Assembly: GCF_000018305.1 (NCBI RefSeq)
Contig: NC_009954.1
Span: 960,001 to 992,000 of the forward strand
Source of the DNA: Caldivirga maquilingensis IC-167
GTDB taxonomy: Archaea; Thermoproteota; Thermoprotei; Thermoproteales; Thermocladiaceae
Direction of reading: 5' to 3'
DNA: 32,000 nt
In this document: piece after piece, positions 26,578-32,000 of the stretch
How the letters are laid out: each line of letters begins with the position of its first letter
Numbering within the stretch: position 1 is the stretch's first letter
Program-made: the position numbers and the translations under genes
Notes under the pieces: generated by a model
Told to the model about the DNA's origin: nothing
What the model saw: only the letters and a program-made list of their open reading frames with translations
Database searches by the model: none

Positions 26578-26868
26578 ATGGATGATGTCGAGGATTTAAA
26601 GAGAAGGTTAATTAAGGAAATATTAGCCTCAAGGGCCAGTGGACGGGATAATAAAATTGAGGTTATGGATTTAAGAGGAATAGGATGTGATGCGCTTAAG
26701 AAATTCCTCATGAATTACCAACTAGGTGAACATAATAAAAGGTATAGGGTCCTTCTAGATAATTACACGTGCTTCACTATGATTAAGAGGGCTATACCAT
26801 TGTTGGGTGGTAAATTATTGGATTTTGGCAGAGAATCAACATATTTATTTATAGAGTATGAGAAGTAA
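26578..26868 (+). CDS. Small cytoplasmic protein, possibly a divergent TusA/SirA-like fold
   Basis: 96 aa. MDLRGIGC matches the first half of the TusA signature ([LIVM]-[DE]-x-[RK]-G-x-x-C), but the CPxP is replaced by CDAL. The remaining spacing (RYRVLLDN...TYLFIEYEK) is colinear with E. coli TusA as I recall it. The functional call has low confidence. The ORF itself looks real: it is well spaced, has a TATA-like CATAAAAAC about 25 nt upstream, and shares the strand of the following array. Confidence 0.4.
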   Translation: MDDVEDLKRRLIKEILASRASGRDNKIEVMDLRGIGCDALKKFLMNYQLGEHNKRYRVLLDNYTCFTMIKRAIPLLGGKLLDFGRESTYLFIEYEK

Positions 26869-26882
26869 TTATAGTTCTATGA

Positions 26883-26893
26883 ATGTGAAATAC
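26883..26893 (+). promoter_or_regulatory. Candidate upstream motif ATGTGAAATAC (module 1)
   Basis: TGTGAAATAC recurs at 30000-30009 and as TGTGAAACAATAC at 28433-28445. Each copy lies about 100-135 nt upstream of a TauE start codon. Confidence 0.35.
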
Positions 26894-26907
26894 TTTATTT
26901 TAGACTA

Positions 26908-26921
26908 ATGAATATATTCAT
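26908..26921. promoter_or_regulatory. 14-bp perfect palindrome ATGAATATATTCAT between the TusA-like ORF and the first TauE gene
   Basis: The sequence equals its own reverse complement. It is followed by a second ATATTCAT at about 26928-26935. TTCAT half-sites recur in the other two module leaders. Confidence 0.35.
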
Positions 26922-26985
26922 GTTAGTATATTCATCTTACATTGAGAAATAACCCTTAATAAGGATTAAGGAAGATGCCGCATTA

Positions 26986-28395
26986 ATGCTTGGGAACATA
27001 ATAGCCCTAGCTAAATTCGTAGAAATTATGATTGCAGGCCTATGCGCAGGCATACTAGGTTCATTAGCTGGCCTAGGTGGTGGGGTTGTACTTACCCCTG
27101 TGTTAACCTTATTCGTAGGAATACCAATGATGTATGCCTCTGGTTCAGCCTTAATATCAACCATAGCTACCTCAGCTGGTTCGGCAAGTGTCTATGTTAA
27201 GAGGAGGCTGGCTAATGATAGGATTGGGATAAGCCTAGTTACAGCCACCTCAGGTGGTGCTATTGTTGGTTCATTAACCGCTAATTACGTGTATGAGCAT
27301 GGTTTAACATGGATCATTTACACCGTATTCGGTATAGTGCTTCTACTCTCAATAATACCCACTGTGCAGAGAAGCACATGTGAACTACCACCATTACGTA
27401 ATCCAGATAAGACAACTAAGCTACTTAGATTATACGGTGTCTGTTATGATCCTGCGCTTAAAATTTGGTATAAGTATTGGGGTGTTCGTTGGTGGTTGGG
27501 TGAGTTGATTATGTTTTTTGCTGGTTTTATTAGTGGTTTGCTTGGTATTGGTAGTGGTGCTTTGAAGGTTCTCGGTATGGATTGGGCAATGAACCTACCA
27601 ATGAAGGTAAGCACAACAACAAGCAACTTCATGATAGGAGTAACAGCAGCCACAAGCAGTTCACTGTATTGGCATTTCGGCTATATTCAACCATTCATAG
27701 CCGTTGCTGCGGCAGTGGGGGTATTAATGGGTTCAATGATCGGTACTAGATTATTAATACGGATTACTAATAGACAGATTAGGTGGGTTTTCGTAGGTGT
27801 ATTGGCATACTTTGGGTTAAGAATGACGCTTAGGGGCTTAGGCAAGGAGCATCTATTACCATTAACATCCCTTGAAAGAAATATAGTGGCGGCAGTCTTT
27901 TCAGCCATAGTAATTAGTGCGCTATATCTATTACTTACATATAAGTACACTAATACCGCTGATGAGACAGTCATAATGTATCGTACACAGCCAAGCGACA
28001 CCAGTTCCATTGAGGAGAAGTTCATAGGCGTAACCAGTGGCTTACTTAAGTATGGAGTACTTGTAAGCGTGTTATTAATGGTAATAGGATTACTAGTAAT
28101 GGTCGTAACCGGGCACGGTCTTCAATTCCCATTAAGCATAATAACTGATCCATCAAGCCAATTAAATACATCACTAATAGGGACTGCTACAATAATCAGT
28201 GGCTTAATTAAATTCGATGGCTTATGTATAATGCTCATTGGGCTTCTTGCATTAATAGCGATACCAATATTAATGATAATCATTAATATGGTTAGGTTCA
28301 CGCTTGAGCATGACATACTTTACTTAGTATTCACATTGATAGTGTTCATTAATTTGATGCTTGCAATAGTGGTTCTGCCAGTACTCATAAGGTGA
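26986..28395 (+). CDS. Fusion protein: TauE/SafE (DUF81) anion-exporter-like permease (about aa 1-310) plus a DUF1634-like membrane domain (about aa 335-469)
   Basis: 469 aa. The N-terminal LGSLAGLGGGVVLTPVL and second-half GLLGIGSGALKV are the duplicated DUF81 motifs. The C-terminal ~135 aa align colinearly with the separate gene 31127-31519. For example, HDILYLVFTLIVFINLMLAIVVLPVLI aligns with KDWIYVVITIIVFINLMLAIFVIPALL. Confidence 0.75.
   Translation: MLGNIIALAKFVEIMIAGLCAGILGSLAGLGGGVVLTPVLTLFVGIPMMYASGSALISTIATSAGSASVYVKRRLANDRIGISLVTATSGGAIVGSLTANYVYEHGLTWIIYTVFGIVLLLSIIPTVQRSTCELPPLRNPDKTTKLLRLYGVCYDPALKIWYKYWGVRWWLGELIMFFAGFISGLLGIGSGALKVLGMDWAMNLPMKVSTTTSNFMIGVTAATSSSLYWHFGYIQPFIAVAAAVGVLMGSMIGTRLLIRITNRQIRWVFVGVLAYFGLRMTLRGLGKEHLLPLTSLERNIVAAVFSAIVISALYLLLTYKYTNTADETVIMYRTQPSDTSSIEEKFIGVTSGLLKYGVLVSVLLMVIGLLVMVVTGHGLQFPLSIITDPSSQLNTSLIGTATIISGLIKFDGLCIMLIGLLALIAIPILMIIINMVRFTLEHDILYLVFTLIVFINLMLAIVVLPVLIR
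27471..27654 (+). repeat. 184-bp tract 100% identical to 30621-30804 (copy 1, inside the fused TauE gene)
   Basis: I compared the two printed sequences base by base. They are identical from TAAGTATTGGGGTG through CAGCAGCCACA. The flanking bases differ at 27470/30620 and at 27655/30805. Confidence 0.95.
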
Positions 28396-28431
28396 AGTTA
28401 GGAAGTTGTAATGAAACTAGTATTATATAAA

Positions 28432-28440
28432 ATGTGAAAC
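28432..28440 (+). promoter_or_regulatory. Candidate upstream motif ATGTGAAAC (module 2)
   Basis: See 26883-26893. This copy lies about 117 nt upstream of the ATG at 28549. It is followed by the palindrome TTCATGAA at 28455-28462. Confidence 0.3.
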
Positions 28441-28548
28441 AATACCTTAATATGTTCATGAATTTATAAGGACCCCTTATGGAAAACTGATTGATAGTTT
28501 TTATATGAAAAATGTTTACTAAACCATGCTAAAAGTAATATAAGTAAT

Positions 28549-29481
28549 ATGGCAATGCTAACTCTAGTAATGTATGCAATAGGATTAACCCCCTTAGGGA
28601 GTCCACTTATCTTCCTAGTTTTATTAATGTGTATATGCATTGTTATAGGCTTTATAGCTGCACTAGCCGGTGTGGGTGGGGGTGTCTTATTTACACCAAT
28701 AATGATGGCCTTCACATCCATTAACCCTGACATAATTAGGAGTACTGGATTAGCAATAGCAACTATGAGTTCCTTAGTGAGTGCTAAGCCGTACTTACAC
28801 GGTAACTTAGCTAACTTCAGGCTAGTACTAGTTTCATCGATTCCATATACACTTTTCGCAATAATTGGATCAGTAATAGGGTTACACATAACCAGTGTCT
28901 TTGGCTCAGTGGGTAAGTCAATCATAAGGCTGAGCCTTGGTATGCTTGTTTTAGCCATAGCCGCATTATTCATAGTAAGGGGTAATAAGACTGATATACC
29001 AAAGCCTCCCAGTGGCGGGGATAAGTTAGCTGAATTACTTAGGCTTAACTCATCGTATGTAGAGAAATCACTTAACCTGCTTATTGAGTATAAGGTGGTG
29101 AACCTGCAATGGGGATTGTTGAGTTTAATGGGTATTGGATTAGTGTCAGGTATGTTTGGGCTGGGGGCTGGCTGGGCTATTGTACCTGTCTATAGCATGT
29201 TAATGTACATTCCCTTAAAGGTGGCCAGTGCATCAAGCATTGTATTGATAGGTATTGGTGATACCGCTGCAATGTGGGTTTACATTAATAATGGCGCCTT
29301 CATTCCGCTCTTCGCGGTACCATGCTTATTAGGTATTATAATTGGTGCACGCCTTGGATCAAGAATAATGCCTAAGGTGAAGATTAGTTGGATAAGGATA
29401 CTGGTGATTATGGTCATGGTTATTGCCGGCTTAAGGCTAATACAGCAATCATTACCATTACTAATGGGGTGGTTGCAGTGA
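28549..29481 (+). CDS. TauE/SafE (DUF81) family membrane protein, divergent paralogue
   Basis: 310 aa. The motifs present are IAALAGVGGGVLFTPIM and GMFGLGAGWAIVPV. The central cytoplasmic loop is equivalent to that of the two other paralogues. Confidence 0.75.
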   Translation: MAMLTLVMYAIGLTPLGSPLIFLVLLMCICIVIGFIAALAGVGGGVLFTPIMMAFTSINPDIIRSTGLAIATMSSLVSAKPYLHGNLANFRLVLVSSIPYTLFAIIGSVIGLHITSVFGSVGKSIIRLSLGMLVLAIAALFIVRGNKTDIPKPPSGGDKLAELLRLNSSYVEKSLNLLIEYKVVNLQWGLLSLMGIGLVSGMFGLGAGWAIVPVYSMLMYIPLKVASASSIVLIGIGDTAAMWVYINNGAFIPLFAVPCLLGIIIGARLGSRIMPKVKISWIRILVIMVMVIAGLRLIQQSLPLLMGWLQ

Positions 29482-29879
29482 GTATTGAAAAATCCACTAT
29501 TAGGGAGGGACCTGAAGCAAGAATATACGGCGACATAGTTTACATACTTGTACTAGTAAGCATATTATTACTCATAATTGGTTGTGTATTAATAATATTA
29601 AGGCACAGTGATGCTGCATTCTGCACAATAGGTGGATTACTTAGTGGTGATCCTCCTAATGAATTGAAAATGTGTTATACTGGTTCAATTACAGCAAGGC
29701 TTAATGAACTTGAAGGCATAGGTATGACCATTTTCGGTTCAGCGGCAATTATAGGGTTATTATTAACAGCCACAGCATTAATACTAAAGAAGGATATAAT
29801 ATACGTCATTATCTCATTAATATTGGTAACTATATTACTAATATCAGCTTTAGGTATAATTAACGTTAGTTTAGGTTAA
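29478..29879 (+). CDS. Small polytopic membrane protein, divergent DUF1634-like partner
   Basis: I shorten the track ORF 29388-29879 to the in-frame GTG at 29478, which overlaps the upstream TGA as GTGA. The resulting 133-aa product has the same architecture (TM, loop, TM, then KKDIIYVIISLILVTILLISAL) as 31127-31519. Confidence 0.55.
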   Translation: MSIEKSTIREGPEARIYGDIVYILVLVSILLLIIGCVLIILRHSDAAFCTIGGLLSGDPPNELKMCYTGSITARLNELEGIGMTIFGSAAIIGLLLTATALILKKDIIYVIISLILVTILLISALGIINVSLG

Positions 29880-29998
29880 TACAGTAATTTAATGGCATTA
29901 TTAATACGGTATTTAAATCAAGGCCTTCTACTTGAAATTAGCAATATAGCTTATGATCGAACCCTCATGCTTAAATATTTGAATTATAAAAAGATTCA

Positions 29999-30009
29999 TT
30001 GTGAAATAC
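29999..30009 (+). promoter_or_regulatory. Candidate upstream motif TTGTGAAATAC (module 3)
   Basis: See 26883-26893. This copy lies about 136 nt upstream of the ATG at 30136. Confidence 0.35.
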
Positions 30010-30135
30010 AGTGTAGATAATGCCTACTATAATATGCTGCAATGTATTGAGTTATGCGTAATTCATATCATACTTTATGATAATAGGTATAATGAGGTTC
30101 GTTTTTTAAACCGTAGGTAGCCAGATTTATTCCAT

Positions 30136-31134
30136 ATGCTGAGTATATTTGCAAGGCTACTGATATTCGTGGAAATACTTGTGGCAAGTATATTAGCTGG
30201 CTTATTGGGGTCATTAACAGGATTAGGGGGTGGTACAGTCCTAGTTCCTGTATTAACGCTCTTCCTAGGTATACCGATAGCCTACGCAGCTGGTGCAGCC
30301 TTAATATCAACAATATCAACATCCAGTGGTGCAGCTAGTGCATACATAAAGGATAAGATAACTAATATTAGAATTGGTATGGGTCTTGAAATAGCCACAA
30401 CCACTGGTTCAATAGTTGGGTCATTAACGGTCGCCTACATTTACTCACATAACTTAGAGTGGATAGTGTACGTTGTCTTCGGTATAGTTATATTAATGTC
30501 AATAATACCAACCGCCCAGAGGAGTAAGTATGAGATCCCTGACCCTAAGCCGCCTGATTGGACAACTAAGGTGTTTAAGCTATATGGTAGTTACTATGAT
30601 GATGCCTTGAAGATGGAGGTTAAGTATTGGGGTGTTCGTTGGTGGTTGGGTGAGTTGATTATGTTTTTTGCTGGTTTTATTAGTGGTTTGCTTGGTATTG
30701 GTAGTGGTGCTTTGAAGGTTCTCGGTATGGATTGGGCAATGAACCTACCAATGAAGGTAAGCACAACAACAAGCAACTTCATGATAGGAGTAACAGCAGC
30801 CACAGGGAGTAGTATATACTGGTACCTGGGCTATATTCAACCATTCATAGCTGCAGCCACCGCTATCGGAGTGCTAATAGGTGCAATGGCTGGTACAAGG
30901 ATACTAGTTAGAATAACTAATAAGCAGGTTAGGTGGGTGTTCTTAGCTATATTAGCCTTCTTAGGTATGGAGATGCTGCTTAGGGGCTTATATTTGAATC
31001 ACCTACTAGTTATACCAGTGGCGTTACAGTACGCGTTAAGCCTAGCATTCACAGTGGTGGTGATGGTTACATTATTCTATAAGTATGGATTAAGGACTAA
31101 GGTTATTGAACGTAAGGGTGAGATGCATGGTTAA
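30136..31134 (+). CDS. TauE/SafE (DUF81) family membrane protein, close paralogue of the N-terminal part of 26986-28395
   Basis: 332 aa, colinear with 26986-28395 along its whole length. A 61-aa block is identical: KYWGVRWWLGELIMFFAGFISGLLGIGSGALKVLGMDWAMNLPMKVSTTTSNFMIGVTAAT. Confidence 0.8.
   Translation: MLSIFARLLIFVEILVASILAGLLGSLTGLGGGTVLVPVLTLFLGIPIAYAAGAALISTISTSSGAASAYIKDKITNIRIGMGLEIATTTGSIVGSLTVAYIYSHNLEWIVYVVFGIVILMSIIPTAQRSKYEIPDPKPPDWTTKVFKLYGSYYDDALKMEVKYWGVRWWLGELIMFFAGFISGLLGIGSGALKVLGMDWAMNLPMKVSTTTSNFMIGVTAATGSSIYWYLGYIQPFIAAATAIGVLIGAMAGTRILVRITNKQVRWVFLAILAFLGMEMLLRGLYLNHLLVIPVALQYALSLAFTVVVMVTLFYKYGLRTKVIERKGEMHG
30621..30804 (+). repeat. 184-bp tract 100% identical to 27471-27654 (copy 2, inside the stand-alone TauE gene)
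   Basis: Same comparison as for copy 1. The offset between the copies is exactly 3150 bp and they are in the same reading frame. Confidence 0.95.
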
Positions 31135-31519
31135 GTGGGATATGGATTATGTAATAGGGTTGGCGCTTAGAATTGGTGTAATAATAAGTGTAGTCTTAAT
31201 ATTAATTGGGGTAACGCTACTGGTTATTGAGGGTAAGGGTTTAGGTTATAGTGATTCCCAAATAATGAGTGTTAGATCCCGCGTTAACACAACATTATTA
31301 CCACCATCAGTGGCATTAACAGGCTTAAGTCATGCAGATGGCTTATCCTTCATAGTCCTCGGATTAATGTTACTGATATTAACACCTGTGATTAGGGTGG
31401 CTTTAGGTATAGTGTCCTTCACCATGGAGAAGGACTGGATTTACGTGGTGATAACTATTATCGTTTTCATTAATCTAATGTTAGCAATATTCGTGATCCC
31501 GGCATTACTTCATATTTAA
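31127..31519 (+). CDS. DUF1634-like small membrane protein
   Basis: I shorten the track ORF 31106-31519 (TTG start) to the in-frame ATG at 31127, which overlaps the upstream stop as ATGGTTAA. The product is 130 aa with 3-4 hydrophobic helices. The DUF1634 assignment comes from memory of the family's size, topology and usual neighbourhood next to DUF81 genes. Confidence 0.65.
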   Translation: MVKWDMDYVIGLALRIGVIISVVLILIGVTLLVIEGKGLGYSDSQIMSVRSRVNTTLLPPSVALTGLSHADGLSFIVLGLMLLILTPVIRVALGIVSFTMEKDWIYVVITIIVFINLMLAIFVIPALLHI

Positions 31520-31527
31520 ACTCAGAA

Positions 31528-32000
31528 TTAAGGCACTTCAACCTTAAAGTTGAAGCCTAATCTACTTAATTCCTCAATAACCCTATCTACAGCTCCCTCC
31601 TCAGGTGGTGTTTCAACTATTACATCTACCTCAGTGTAATTGGGTCTTATTAATGGGTTATACCTCTCATGCCTAATTTCAACAATATTAACCCCCAGCC
31701 TACCTAGAACACCAGTTACCTGGGCAAGCATACCTGGCCTATCTGGTATAAGTCCCTTAAGCATAATTAATCTCCCTGTTTGAACAAGTCCCTTGTAAAG
31801 GACCTTGGCAAGCATCGTGACATCAATATTACCTCCACTAACAACAGCCACCACATTACCCTTAACGTTAATTTTACCGCTCAGTAACGCAGCTACAGCA
31901 GCTGCTCCAGCCCCCTCAGCTATAACCTTGGCTGACTCGGCCAATATTAGTATGGCGTTAACTATTTCCTGGTCACTGACTAAAACCACATCATCAAGCG
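31528..32000 (-). CDS. Threonine ammonia-lyase (PLP-dependent dehydratase), C-terminal part including an ACT-like regulatory domain; the N-terminus lies beyond the window end
   Basis: VSDQEIVNAILILAESAKVIAEGAGAAAVAALLSG...VVAVVSGGNIDVTML is the C-terminal PLP-domain pattern. It is followed by DRPGMLAQVTGVLGRLGVNIVEIRHER (ACT-like). The frame stays open upstream of the track's GTG (31987-31989) to base 32000 and reads ..LDDVVLVSD. Confidence 0.75.
   Translation of the reverse strand, partial: LDDVVLVSDQEIVNAILILAESAKVIAEGAGAAAVAALLSGKINVKGNVVAVVSGGNIDVTMLAKVLYKGLVQTGRLIMLKGLIPDRPGMLAQVTGVLGRLGVNIVEIRHERYNPLIRPNYTEVDVIVETPPEEGAVDRVIEELSRLGFNFKVEVP

Noticed and set aside
27444-27653. Twin 69-aa minus-strand ORFs (27444-27653 and 30594-30803) with nearly identical products.
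   Set aside because: Their identity is only a by-product of the 184-bp identical tract inside the two sense-strand TauE genes. They are not independent evidence for a conserved gene.
28464-28973. A 169-aa minus-strand ORF overlapping the start of the second TauE gene.
   Set aside because: It is antisense to an ORF with clear DUF81 motifs and has no recognisable motif of its own. The hydrophobic antisense translation is typical of shadow ORFs in membrane-protein genes.
29388-29477. A 30-codon upstream extension of the second DUF1634-like ORF, overlapping the TauE gene by 94 nt.
   Set aside because: An in-frame GTG forms a GTGA stop/start overlap at 29478-29481. That gives a product of the same length and architecture as the paralogue at 31127-31519. 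The long overlap is unnecessary.
1-32000. CRISPR arrays, cas genes, transposases/IS elements, integrases, toxin-antitoxin pairs or other recognisable defence/mobile modules.
   Set aside because: I saw no regularly spaced direct repeats, and no ORF has motifs of these families. The only long exact repeat is the coding 184-bp tract.
1-32000. tRNA, rRNA or other structured RNA genes in the intergenic spacers.
   Set aside because: All spacers are short and AT-rich, without GC-rich cloverleaf-like stems visible by eye. This cannot be excluded without tRNAscan/Infernal.

Overview
The window reads as a densely coded, mostly housekeeping segment of an archaeal chromosome. Gene content points to a crenarchaeal/TACK hyperthermophile: Orc1/Cdc6, RFC small and large subunits, aEF-2, GGGP synthase and an Elf1 homologue. 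TATA-like boxes sit about 25 nt upstream of many start codons, which suggests leaderless transcripts. A Thermoproteales (Caldivirga/Vulcanisaeta-like) origin is my inference only. I support about 34 protein-coding features. Two of them are open at the window edges and one of those is absent from the ORF track. One feature is a disrupted MscS-like gene. I saw no tRNA, rRNA, CRISPR array, transposase or integrase. Replication genes cluster at 4.3-9.4 kb: rfcS-rfcL-methyltransferase-THUMP-like with overlapping stops and starts, then orc1/cdc6 coupled to a small wHTH gene. Sugar-related genes lie at 0-4 kb and 20.7-23.6 kb. The only accessory-looking, poorly understood region is 26.5-31.5 kb. It holds three tandem modules of a TauE/SafE (DUF81) membrane protein plus a small DUF1634-like membrane protein. 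One module is a natural fusion and two are translationally coupled pairs. The array is preceded by a small TusA-like ORF. It contains a 184-bp perfectly identical tract between two otherwise diverged paralogues (gene-conversion signature), and a recurring upstream motif. Other points worth a second look are an in-frame TAA inside the conserved core of an MscS-like gene, a ~300-bp island of ~23% GC 1 kb downstream of orc1/cdc6, and abrupt intragenic switches of synonymous codon style (T/G-ending versus A/C-ending) in rfcS and inside the identical tract. All family assignments come from motif recognition by eye. No database search was run.
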